64,000 bases of DNA from the NCBI GenBank assembly GCA_965219685.1, contig CBDCOH010000002.1:3680001-3744000 (forward strand), written 5' to 3'. Below are positions 48,366-57,237 of this stretch, one piece after another; within the stretch, counting starts at the first letter, position 1, and each line of letters opens with the position of its first letter. The DNA comes from Candidatus Spongiisociaceae bacterium. GTDB taxonomy: Bacteria > Actinomycetota > Acidimicrobiia > Spongiisociales > Spongiisociaceae. A program made the position numbers and the translations under genes. The notes below the pieces were generated by a model. It did not search any database. It saw only the letters and a program-made list of their open reading frames with translations, and was not told the DNA's origin.

Positions 48366-49505
48366 ATGAACGCAGCATCGGCCGACCGCAATCTGACCAA
48401 CGACTTCACCCACCGGATCCAGCAGCTGAGGCGGAGTATGGAGGCGGCGAACGTCGACGCCCTGGCCGTCCTGAGCCCGAGCAACATCGAGTACCTGACG
48501 GGCATCGATCTGGTCGACTTCCAGCCCATGGAGACATCGCAGGGGATCGGCAAGCTCGTGTACATTGCCGAGGACCGCGCCGAGTTCATCTACTACGCGG
48601 TCACCAGCCCCGGGATCATGAACGCGGTCACCTGGCTGGACCACGTCGTGTACGACGAACCCGAGGACCCGGCCTCGGTCGTCGCACGGCGCGTTTCCCG
48701 AGATGTCCGGGCACTCGGAGTCGAAGGCGCATTCCTTCCGCACAACCTCTCCAAGCGTCTCGAAGACGCCCTCCCCTCTGTCGAACTCGTCGACGCGACC
48801 CGCCTGGTCTACGAGCAACGCATGGTCAAGTCGGCCGAGGAGGTGAACCGATCGCGGAGGTCGGCGCGTATCGCGGACCTCGCGATGGTTGACATCCTCC
48901 CCGGCATCTACGGGATGAGGGAAGTCGATGTCGCCTCGGCCGCGATGGAGTCCATGCTCGGCCACGGCGCCCACAACGTCGCCTATTCCCCGATCGTCTC
49001 CTCCGGGGAGAGGTTCGGGGGCATCACCTACGGCGCCACCGAGAGAAGGATCGGCAGGGGCGACTCGGTCATGATCGACCTGGGCGCCAAATACAAGGGC
49101 TACCGCTCCGACTTCACCCGCACCTCCCACTTCGGGCCGGCTCCGGCGCCATTGAGGAGGGTGCGGAGGGGGATGCTCGAGGCCAGGAAGGCGGCCCTGG
49201 GGGTGATGAAGGCCGGTGTGACCTTCGGGCTGGTGGACCGGACCATCCGCGACGTTCTCCAGGACAACGGTGTCGATCCCGGACACCTGATCCACGCCAG
49301 CCACGGCATCGGGATCGAGGTGGTCGAGATGCCGTGGCTGGCCGATCAGACACCGGATGTAGTCCTGCGGCCCAACGTGGTGATGACCCTGGAGTTGATA
49401 ATGGGCGTACCGGGCGTCGGGGCCTACACGATCGAAGATGTCCTGGTGATAACGGAAGAAGGAACCGAGGTCTTCACCGAATGCCCCGTTCCCTTCTACG
49501 AATGA
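48366..49505 (+). CDS. Xaa-Pro peptidase (M24)/creatinase-fold hydrolase
   Basis: SNIEYLTG, RMVKS, IDLG, SDFTRT, HGIG, TLE and IEDV metal ligands. Confidence 0.87.
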   Translation: MNAASADRNLTNDFTHRIQQLRRSMEAANVDALAVLSPSNIEYLTGIDLVDFQPMETSQGIGKLVYIAEDRAEFIYYAVTSPGIMNAVTWLDHVVYDEPEDPASVVARRVSRDVRALGVEGAFLPHNLSKRLEDALPSVELVDATRLVYEQRMVKSAEEVNRSRRSARIADLAMVDILPGIYGMREVDVASAAMESMLGHGAHNVAYSPIVSSGERFGGITYGATERRIGRGDSVMIDLGAKYKGYRSDFTRTSHFGPAPAPLRRVRRGMLEARKAALGVMKAGVTFGLVDRTIRDVLQDNGVDPGHLIHASHGIGIEVVEMPWLADQTPDVVLRPNVVMTLELIMGVPGVGAYTIEDVLVITEEGTEVFTECPVPFYE

Positions 49506-49520
49506 CGGCGCCGGTAGGAT

Positions 49521-50498
49521 ATGGGTATGGCAACCACCGTGATATCCCCTCCTTGTATGGCAGATGCCGAGAGAGCCGCCGAGGCCATCGCTGTCGAAGG
49601 GGTGTCGGAGATCCTGGTCTACGGGTCGGTGGCGCGGGGCGAGGCCGGTCCGGATAGCGATATCGACCTAGTGGCCATCCACGACGACCTGGACTACTCG
49701 ACCCGTGGTGACAGGTCGCACGATCTCAAGGAACTGGCCGGGTCCGCCGTCGCGCACAGGGTGTCCGTTTACGTCACCGACTGGCCGGAGTGGACCCATC
49801 GAGCCACCCGGGTGTCCACTTCTCTGGAGAGCGCCATCACCGCCGATGCCGTCACGCTATACCACCGGGACCCGAACGGGGTGCGCTGGGGGAAGGAGAT
49901 CGGTATGCCCACCACCAACGAGGAGGAGGCTGCCGGCCGGCTCCACAACGCCCGGCGCGCCCTCTTCGGCTTGAGCGATCATCTGATGACGAGCCCATCG
50001 GAAGGGAGCGCGCTCGAGGACCGTGATCCCGGTTACTACCTTTTTGCGATGAGGGACCGGATGTGCCGTCTGTGCGCCGACGCCCATATGGCGATGGAAA
50101 GCAGCCTCAAGGCCCTCATCCATCTTGGTGGTATGCGCCCTGCCCGTACCCACGACTTGGACGAGTTGCTGAGTGCCCTCCCCGCCGCACAGCGGGATCA
50201 CGTTCGGGGGATGTTCGTCGAGGTCAGCCCCGAGCAGGCGTCGAAGTGGCGGGAGGCGGGCGCATACGAGTACGCCGACTGGTCCTTGGACTACCTCGTA
50301 CCCCATGCCTACCACATGGCCGGCGCCGGCATCGCCGTATCCCGCTACGCCGCCGATCTTCTCTCCGGCGTAGAGGCCGCCCGCCTCATTAACAAGGTGG
50401 CGGTGAGAGCTGAGGATGTGCTCGACGGGTGGGATCTCTCCGCCGAAGACCCGTTCGAAGTGGTCGGTCAACCACCCCCGCCCGAGCTGTCCGAATAG
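49521..50498 (+). CDS. Fused minimal nucleotidyltransferase (MNT) plus HEPN protein
   Basis: YGSVARG..DSDIDL N-domain; HMAMESSLKAL...RTHDL HEPN C-domain. Confidence 0.8.
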   Translation: MGMATTVISPPCMADAERAAEAIAVEGVSEILVYGSVARGEAGPDSDIDLVAIHDDLDYSTRGDRSHDLKELAGSAVAHRVSVYVTDWPEWTHRATRVSTSLESAITADAVTLYHRDPNGVRWGKEIGMPTTNEEEAAGRLHNARRALFGLSDHLMTSPSEGSALEDRDPGYYLFAMRDRMCRLCADAHMAMESSLKALIHLGGMRPARTHDLDELLSALPAAQRDHVRGMFVEVSPEQASKWREAGAYEYADWSLDYLVPHAYHMAGAGIAVSRYAADLLSGVEAARLINKVAVRAEDVLDGWDLSAEDPFEVVGQPPPPELSE

Positions 50499-50609
50499 CC
50501 CCCGGGCCAATCGACTTCACCCCGACGTCCGGGGGGACGAAGCAGTTGCCATCGGGACAAGGTCCACCGGCACCGGTTAGTGTCGGCCGGACATGACGAC
50601 GGAGGATCA

Positions 50610-51656
50610 ATGAAGGACCTGGGCAAAGTCATCACGGTCAACGGTCCCATCGAGACCGACCAACTCGGGGTGACCCTCATGCACGAGCATCTGCTGTTCA
50701 CCTGCCTGATGTGGTTCCTGGAGGGAAACCACCGGGGCCTGGGTTCCGACTCCTACGTCCCGGTCACCCCCCAAAACGCAGCGCTGCTACGCGAGTTCCC
50801 TTACCGCAGCCGCGACAACCTGATCAACACGGACTGGCGGCTCAGCGCCCAGGAGATCAGGCGGTTCAAGATGGCCCTCGGCCGCAGCGTGGTCGACTCG
50901 TCGAACCTCGGTCTCGGAAGGGACGTGTGGGGGCTCCGCAACATCGCCGACGACGTCGGGATCAACATCATCTCGGGCACCGGGTACTACGTCGACCATG
51001 CCCATCCGTGGTACGTCGATTCGATGACCGCCGAGGAGTTGGCCGAGGGGATGATCGGTGACATCACCACCGGCGCCGACGGGACCGATATCCGCTGCGG
51101 GCTCATCGGGGAGATCGGCACCTCCGATCCCGTCACGCCCAACGAGTGGAAGGTGCTCGAGGCCTCCGCCATCACCCACCACGCCACCGGCGCGGCCATC
51201 CAGATCCATGCCCTCCACGAGCAGCGTCTGATGCCTTCGATCCTCGAGTTCCTGATCGACGACCACGGCGTGCATCCCAGCCGGGTAATCGCCGGACACC
51301 TAGACCTGTGCACGGATGACCGGCCCTATCTCGAGCAGATCGCCGCCTACGACACCTTCCTGGAACTGGACGACTGGGGCCACCCGTGCCCCACCGACGG
51401 CGTCTACGTGTCCGACGACGACCGGATGTCGACCGTTGAGTGGATGGTGGAGGACGGTTTGGGCGACAAGCTCCTGTTCTCGCACGACATCGGCCTCAAG
51501 GCCCGGTTGTCACACTTCGGCGGGCCCGGCTGGGACCACATCATGAACGTGATCCTCCCGTCGCTCAAGGACCGGGGCATGCAGGTCGACCCGCTCTACG
51601 GATTCGTGATCGACAACCCGGCCCGGGCTCTGGCCCTCGCCATGAAGACAGGATGA
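50610..51656 (+). CDS. Phosphotriesterase-like amidohydrolase (first gene of the BMC-linked run)
   Basis: TLMHEH, GLIGEIG, QIH, GHLD and SHD; GGAGG RBS. Confidence 0.9.
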   Translation: MKDLGKVITVNGPIETDQLGVTLMHEHLLFTCLMWFLEGNHRGLGSDSYVPVTPQNAALLREFPYRSRDNLINTDWRLSAQEIRRFKMALGRSVVDSSNLGLGRDVWGLRNIADDVGINIISGTGYYVDHAHPWYVDSMTAEELAEGMIGDITTGADGTDIRCGLIGEIGTSDPVTPNEWKVLEASAITHHATGAAIQIHALHEQRLMPSILEFLIDDHGVHPSRVIAGHLDLCTDDRPYLEQIAAYDTFLELDDWGHPCPTDGVYVSDDDRMSTVEWMVEDGLGDKLLFSHDIGLKARLSHFGGPGWDHIMNVILPSLKDRGMQVDPLYGFVIDNPARALALAMKTG

Positions 51657-51725
51657 CGCCCTCGGAGCGGGATCGGGGTTGCGGGCTGGCACCGCCGTGA
51701 CGGCGGCCGATAGGATGGGCCATTG

Positions 51726-52199
51726 ATGGACTACAGGGTTGCGAACACGATCGAGTTGCTGAACCGTGCCACCACCGCCATCTGGTACGAGATGCCGGAG
51801 GAGGTGCGCCGCCTGCGTACCCGGAGGGGGACCAAGGGCTACGGCTGGCCGATGATCATCTGCGCCGAAGAGAACACGAGGGCCTTCGCCGACGACATGG
51901 CCGTGTTGCGGAACGCCGGGCGGGACGCCTCGCTCGACTTGGAGACCCTCAAGCAGTTGGTGCGGATGTTCTGCGAGGCCCAGATGGGCATCCTCCACAA
52001 CTGGTACGGGCTGGACGACAGCGTCGATCTGGTCCGCAGTTCGCTCGACGCACTGGATCACATAGAGACGCATGGGGAATACCTCGCTTACACCCACGAG
52101 TTGAGCGTGTACCTGGGACGCCTTCACTGGTGGGCCGACACCCTGGTGCCGTGGGACGACATAAGTGCCAGATACGCGGATATGGACCTAGACCGCTAG
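51726..52199 (+). CDS. Hypothetical helical protein resembling the cucumopine synthase/McbB C-terminal domain
   Basis: IWYEMPEE, EENTR, YGL and YLGRLHWWADTLVPW pattern; similarity recalled from memory, not searched. Confidence 0.6.
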   Translation: MDYRVANTIELLNRATTAIWYEMPEEVRRLRTRRGTKGYGWPMIICAEENTRAFADDMAVLRNAGRDASLDLETLKQLVRMFCEAQMGILHNWYGLDDSVDLVRSSLDALDHIETHGEYLAYTHELSVYLGRLHWWADTLVPWDDISARYADMDLDR

Positions 52200-52219
52200 A
52201 CAGGAATCGAGGAGGAACG

Positions 52220-53278
52220 GTGGCCGAACGCGACGGTAACTACAGGGTCGGATGCGTGGGGGCGGGCTTCGCGGCCTCGGTATACCACCTGCCCGTCCAG
52301 CAGCGGGTCGAAGGCGTGGAGACGGTGGCGATCGCCGATCTCAACATGGACCTGGCCCGGCAGCGGGCGGACGAGTTCGGGATCCCGGAGGTCTACGGTC
52401 CGTTCGAGGACATGATCGAACAGGCCGACCTGGACATCGTCTCCGTCTGCGTGCCGCCCTTCCTCCACCTGGCGGTCACCAAGGCGGCGGCTGCCGCCGG
52501 CGTTCATGTCATCTGCGAGAAGCCGATGGCTGCCAGCCCCGAGGAGGTGGCCGAACTGGTCCAGGTGGTGGAGGACAGCGGGATCAGGTTCATGATCGCC
52601 GAGAACTTCTGGTGGTATCCCGACCTGATCGACGCCAAGGCGCGGATCGACGCCGGGCTGATCGGCGACCTCTTCCATGTGCGGGTCGAGGAGTTCATCA
52701 ACGACATCGACCCCACCTACCGGCGGGACCAGGAACGGTTCCTCATGTACGAGCAGGACGTCCACTACGTCGACGTGATCCGGCACCTGGTCGACGACGA
52801 TGTCGTACGGGTCCACGCCATGACCCGCCAGATCGCCACCCAGCAACTAGCCGGTGAGAATTTCGCCATGATCACCATGGAGTTCGCCAACGGAGTGATC
52901 GCTCGCATCGACGAATGCTGGGTCTCCGCCCGTGGCGACCAGTACGTGATGAGGATACGCATCGACGGCACGCTCGGGTCGATCTTCATCAACCAGCCCG
53001 ACCATCCGTACAGGCTCTACACGGACAAGCCCGGTCTGGAGGGCTGGCACTATCCCCCGACCGACACCAAGCCACCGGGCGGGCACGATGTCGGCTATGC
53101 GGCCCCTTGGCCGGCCGACGAACTCAGGGAAGGCACCGTGGGCTGCTACATGGCCTTCCTCGATTACCTGGAAAACGGTGTTCCTCCGGTCACGGTGGCA
53201 TCCGACAACGCCAAGACGATGGAAGTCGTGTTCGCTGCCTACGAGTCGGCCGAGACCCAGCAGGTGATCCACCTGTGA
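52220..53278 (+). CDS. Gfo/Idh/MocA-family NAD(P) oxidoreductase
   Basis: VGAG, VPPFLH, HVICEKP and HYVD; GAGGAGG RBS before GTG 52220. Confidence 0.9.
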   Translation: MAERDGNYRVGCVGAGFAASVYHLPVQQRVEGVETVAIADLNMDLARQRADEFGIPEVYGPFEDMIEQADLDIVSVCVPPFLHLAVTKAAAAAGVHVICEKPMAASPEEVAELVQVVEDSGIRFMIAENFWWYPDLIDAKARIDAGLIGDLFHVRVEEFINDIDPTYRRDQERFLMYEQDVHYVDVIRHLVDDDVVRVHAMTRQIATQQLAGENFAMITMEFANGVIARIDECWVSARGDQYVMRIRIDGTLGSIFINQPDHPYRLYTDKPGLEGWHYPPTDTKPPGGHDVGYAAPWPADELREGTVGCYMAFLDYLENGVPPVTVASDNAKTMEVVFAAYESAETQQVIHL

Positions 53279-53333
53279 CAGTTGCGGCGGGACCCGCCTC
53301 ACCCGGTCGGCCGGACTAGACCCGGCACACCTG

Positions 53334-54149
53334 ATGTCCACGGCGTTACGGGACGGGCTCCTCGACTTCTTCCGCTCGGATGCATGGGCAGACGCCCAGG
53401 CTCTGCTCGATGATCCGGGGGTGAGCTTCTTCGAGGCGAAGGTCACCACCGTGGTCCACCCGCTCTCGCTCGAGTTCCTCTTCGTGGAGTACCTGGACCG
53501 TATAGGCCGCCGCGTGCGCAACGTCGGCCACGCGTTCGTCGGGGAATGGGGATGGATCAAGATCTACCCGGAGACCCGGCCGGTTCTCAACGTCGTGTGG
53601 CGCTACGACGATTCGGCGGTGATCGCCGCCCACCACGAGGACTTCCTGGACGTGTGGACCGACGAGGGGGAGCGCGACTACCTGGCTGATGTCGGGCCGA
53701 GAAGGGCCACAGCGGCGGACCGGGAGGGCATCCTCTCCTACATAGCGTCCGACCACTGGCAGCAGGTCCTGGACTGGTACGCCGACCACGAGACCGAGCA
53801 CTTCCACACCTACCTCCATACCGACCTGCACCCCCACGACCTGGCGCCATTCCTGATCGACAGCCTGGCGCAGCGTGGCTTCGAGTTGGGGGTGGCGCCC
53901 TTCTTCCTGGCCCGGCCCGATCTCGGGCTGATGTGGATCGGGCTGGCGCCGGACGGCATGACCTCCCAGGAGGTGGCCTGCATCCACACCCCAGGGGCGC
54001 TCATCGAGCCCAAGGAACTCACCGACCAGGACCGGGAGTACGGTGGCGATCCGTGGACCGTGGCCGACTTCCGCGCCCGCGTTGTCCAGGACCCGTACGA
54101 GGTTCTGACGCTCTCCGAGGCAAGGGCGATAGTCGATGAACTGCTCTGA
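53334..54149 (+). CDS. Hypothetical two-repeat protein with HFH...HPH motif
   Basis: Full-length paralog of 40652-41461. Confidence 0.8.
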   Translation: MSTALRDGLLDFFRSDAWADAQALLDDPGVSFFEAKVTTVVHPLSLEFLFVEYLDRIGRRVRNVGHAFVGEWGWIKIYPETRPVLNVVWRYDDSAVIAAHHEDFLDVWTDEGERDYLADVGPRRATAADREGILSYIASDHWQQVLDWYADHETEHFHTYLHTDLHPHDLAPFLIDSLAQRGFELGVAPFFLARPDLGLMWIGLAPDGMTSQEVACIHTPGALIEPKELTDQDREYGGDPWTVADFRARVVQDPYEVLTLSEARAIVDELL

Positions 54150-54161
54150 GGTGAGGGCGCC

Positions 54162-55955
54162 ATGAGACGCTTCGTGACCACCGAGGACATCCGGGAGTTG
54201 GCCGAGGTCGGCGAGTTCGAGTTCATGATGCGGGAGGGGACGGTCCTGACCGATGCGGCCCTTGACGAGGCGCACCGCCTAGGCGTGCGTTTGGTGGAGG
54301 GATCCAGCTTGGCCGCTCCCCGGGCCGCCACCGGTGGCCGGCCCGCTTCCCGCCCGTCCCGGGTCGCGCCTCCGTCGCCCGCCCGCTCGTCGCGGGTCCC
54401 GGCCCGCGATGCTTCGCCGGCCCCGGGAACGAAAACGGCTACCTCTGCACAGCCTCGGTTCGAGGGACTTCCGGACCCCGCCCGGATGCACCCGAAGCTC
54501 CTGGTCGACGGTGAGTTCCGGGATGCCACCGGTGGGGCTACCAACCGTTCGGTCGATCCCGCCACGAGGGAGACCATCGTCCAGGTGGCGTCGGCAGCCC
54601 CCGACGACATCGACGCAGCGGTCCGGGCCGCCCGGCGGGCCTTCCGCGACTGGCGGGTACGCGACCCCGCCGAGCGCGCCGATCTCCTGCTCAAGGTCGC
54701 GGAACGGATCGAGCAGGAGCACGAGTTCCTGGCCAAGGTCGAGAGCCAGGATGTGGGGCGGCCGATAAGGGAGACCACCCTGATCGACCTTCCGGCATCC
54801 TGGGATCCCTTCCGGTTCTTCCAGGGCTTGGTGCGCGCCATCGACGGGAGGGTGCTGGCGCTGCCCCAGGACTCGCTCGACTACGTGCGCAAGGAGCCGA
54901 TGGGGGTCGTGGGCATGATCATCCCCTGGAACTTCCCCCTGCACATCGCCTGCCGCAAGTCGGCCGCAGCACTCGCGGCGGGGAACACCGTAGTTCTCAA
55001 GCCACCGGAGTTGGCGCCGCTGTCCTGCCTGGAGCTGGGGCGGATCTGCCTGGAGGCCGGCCTCCCACCCGGCGTATTCAACGTGGTGCCGGGCGCCGGC
55101 GAGGTGGCGGGACAGGCCCTGGTCGAGCACCGGGGGGTGGACAAGATCGCCTTCACGGGATCGACGGTGGTCGGCCGCTCCGTGATGCGCGGATCGGCGG
55201 CGACGATCAAGAGGGTGTCCCTCGAGTTGGGCGGCAAGTCACCGTCGATCGTCTTCGCGGACGCCGACTTGGACCGGGCGGTGAGCGGCGCCCTGTTCGG
55301 CATCTACCTCGCCCAGGGGCAGGTGTGCTCCGCCGGATCGAGGATCCTCGTGGAGCGGTCGATATACGACGACTTCGTGGAGCGCTTCGCGGCCAGGGCG
55401 GCGTCCATCCGGATCGGGCTGCCGTGGCGGTGGCGGACACAGCTCGGCCCGCTGGTGAACGAGCGCCAGATGGAGCGGGTCTACGAGTACGTGGACATAG
55501 GCAGGGCCGAGGGGGCGACCGTGTTGGGGGGCGGTACTCCGCCCGACGACCCCGAACTCGCCCGGGGTAACTTCATCAGGCCCACTGCCTTCGTTAACGT
55601 CGAGCCCGGGTTCCGCATCGCGCAGGAGGAGATCTTCGGTCCGGTCGTGGTCGTCATGCCGTTCAGCGGTGAGGAGGAGGCTGTCCGGCTTGCCAACGAC
55701 GTCCGCTACGGTTTGGCGGCCGGAATCTGGACCACCGATGTCGGTAGGGCGCATAGAGTGGCCCGGGACCTGGAGGCCGGCTCCATCTGGGTAAACCACT
55801 TCGGTGTCTACCCCAGCGAGGCGCCCTTCGGTGGCTACAAGGAGAGCGGCACTGGCCACGACCTGGGCCTGGAGTCGCTGCACGAGTACATGGAGACAAA
55901 GAACGTGCACGTCAACATCGGGCGTGGATTCAACGACTGGTACGAGGACAACTGA
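54162..55955 (+). CDS. Non-acylating aldehyde dehydrogenase with about 105-aa N-terminal extension
   Basis: IPWNFP, FTGS, LELGGKSP, GQVCSAGSR, EEIFGPV and PFGGYKESG; a 47-aa module plus Pro/Ala/Ser/Arg linker precede the ALDH fold. Confidence 0.93.
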   Translation: MRRFVTTEDIRELAEVGEFEFMMREGTVLTDAALDEAHRLGVRLVEGSSLAAPRAATGGRPASRPSRVAPPSPARSSRVPARDASPAPGTKTATSAQPRFEGLPDPARMHPKLLVDGEFRDATGGATNRSVDPATRETIVQVASAAPDDIDAAVRAARRAFRDWRVRDPAERADLLLKVAERIEQEHEFLAKVESQDVGRPIRETTLIDLPASWDPFRFFQGLVRAIDGRVLALPQDSLDYVRKEPMGVVGMIIPWNFPLHIACRKSAAALAAGNTVVLKPPELAPLSCLELGRICLEAGLPPGVFNVVPGAGEVAGQALVEHRGVDKIAFTGSTVVGRSVMRGSAATIKRVSLELGGKSPSIVFADADLDRAVSGALFGIYLAQGQVCSAGSRILVERSIYDDFVERFAARAASIRIGLPWRWRTQLGPLVNERQMERVYEYVDIGRAEGATVLGGGTPPDDPELARGNFIRPTAFVNVEPGFRIAQEEIFGPVVVVMPFSGEEEAVRLANDVRYGLAAGIWTTDVGRAHRVARDLEAGSIWVNHFGVYPSEAPFGGYKESGTGHDLGLESLHEYMETKNVHVNIGRGFNDWYEDN

Positions 55956-55971
55956 CCGGGAGGTTCGGATC

Positions 55972-56250
55972 ATGGAAGGTGCTCTTGGGTTGATCGAGAC
56001 CCGCGGGCTGGTAGGCGCCATAGAGGCGTCCGACGCGATGGCCAAGGCTGCCCGCGTCGAGATCATCGGCCGCGACGTGATCGGAGGCGGTTACGTCACG
56101 GTCATGGTGCAGGGCGAGGTCGGCGCGGTGAAGTCGGCGGTGGACGTCGGCGCATCGGCTGCCAAGAAGGTGGGGGATCTCGTCGCAGCCCATCTGATTC
56201 CCAAGCCCCATGAGGACTTGGGGAAGGTGAGCGCTCTGCTCGACGGCTGA
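55972..56250 (+). CDS. BMC-H hexameric shell protein (PduA/EutM/CcmK family)
   Basis: ALGLIETRG...DAMAKAA...IGGG...GEVGAV..AV...IPKPH; GGAGG RBS. Confidence 0.96.
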   Translation: MEGALGLIETRGLVGAIEASDAMAKAARVEIIGRDVIGGGYVTVMVQGEVGAVKSAVDVGASAAKKVGDLVAAHLIPKPHEDLGKVSALLDG

Positions 56251-56328
56251 CCCCAAGGACTTGCCCGACCGGAATGCGGGGCTGGGCAGCCGGGAGGCAG
56301 TGGGCAGAGCGAGAGCGAGGAGACATAG

Positions 56329-56595
56329 ATGTTGTTGTGCCGTGTTACGGGAAGCACCGTCGCGACGGTGCGCGCCGGCGGTGTGGGAGGCACCAGGCTG
56401 CTGGTCGTGCGGCCGGAGGGCGGCGACCCCGCCTCGTCATTCGTGGCGGTGGACGTCGTAGGAGCCGGATCCGGCGACCTGGTGCTGGTCGCCCAGGGGA
56501 GCGCGGCGAGGATCCCCGACGCCGCCGCGTCGGTACCGACCGATGCGACCGTCGTCGGCATCGTCGACGAAGCAAGCCACGACCCGGGAGGCTGA
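56329..56595 (+). CDS. BMC-P pentameric vertex protein (EutN/CcmL family)
   Basis: M...RVTG..VAT...LLVV...VAVDVVGAG.G..VLV..GSAAR...DATVVGIVD. Confidence 0.93.
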   Translation: MLLCRVTGSTVATVRAGGVGGTRLLVVRPEGGDPASSFVAVDVVGAGSGDLVLVAQGSAARIPDAAASVPTDATVVGIVDEASHDPGG

Positions 56596-56596
56596 G

Positions 56597-57226
56597 GTGA
56601 CGAGTCCAGGGCAATCGGGTGGCGGGAGCGGCAACGCCCTGCGCGCCTATGTGTACGTCGACAAGATGCAGCCGACCTGGGCGGCCTATGTGGGAAGGGA
56701 CGACCGGGGAGGCTCCTCATTGGAGGGGATGGCCCAGCTCTACGTGGAGGTGGCGCCGGCCACGCTGGTGTTCTCCCTGGCCAACGCCGCGCTGAAGAGC
56801 ACAGAGACTGCTTCCTCGTTGCTGGTTGCCGAGCGTCGGTACGGGACGCTCGAGCTCCATTCGGCCAACCCCGACGCGGTCCGCCAGGCCGGAACGATCA
56901 TCCTGGCGATGATCGGCAGCTCCTCGGCGCCTGGTATAGCGCCCTCGTCGGTGACCACCCGCATCGTCAACAACGTGACCGGAACCGAGGCCGGCCTGGT
57001 GAACCGGATGGGGGTCCGAGGCCGGCTCAGGAAAGGCGACGCCATGCTGGTCGTGGAGACGGAGCCCGCCGCCTACGTGGCCCTGGCCGCCAACGAGGTG
57101 GAGAAGCACACCTCGCTTCGCATGATCCTCGTACGGCTCCACGGGGCCAGCGGCCGCCTGATCCTCGCCGGGAGCGAAGCCGAGGTGGAGATAGGGCACC
57201 AGGTGGCCCTCGAGGCTCTCGGGTAG
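56597..57226 (+). CDS. BMC-T tandem shell protein (CcmP/CsoS1D-like permuted type)
   Basis: LRAYVYVDKMQPTWAAY, EVAP, ERRYGTLELHS, LVNR, ETEPAAY...AANEVEK and GASGRL..G. Confidence 0.88.
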   Translation: MTSPGQSGGGSGNALRAYVYVDKMQPTWAAYVGRDDRGGSSLEGMAQLYVEVAPATLVFSLANAALKSTETASSLLVAERRYGTLELHSANPDAVRQAGTIILAMIGSSSAPGIAPSSVTTRIVNNVTGTEAGLVNRMGVRGRLRKGDAMLVVETEPAAYVALAANEVEKHTSLRMILVRLHGASGRLILAGSEAEVEIGHQVALEALG

Positions 57227-57237
57227 GGGGAGGAGTC

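Noticed and set aside
55972-57226. Carboxysome, or eut/pdu assignment of the shell genes
   Set aside because: No Rubisco, carbonic anhydrase, ethanolamine ammonia-lyase, diol dehydratase or glycyl radical enzyme in the window, so no gene symbols were assigned.
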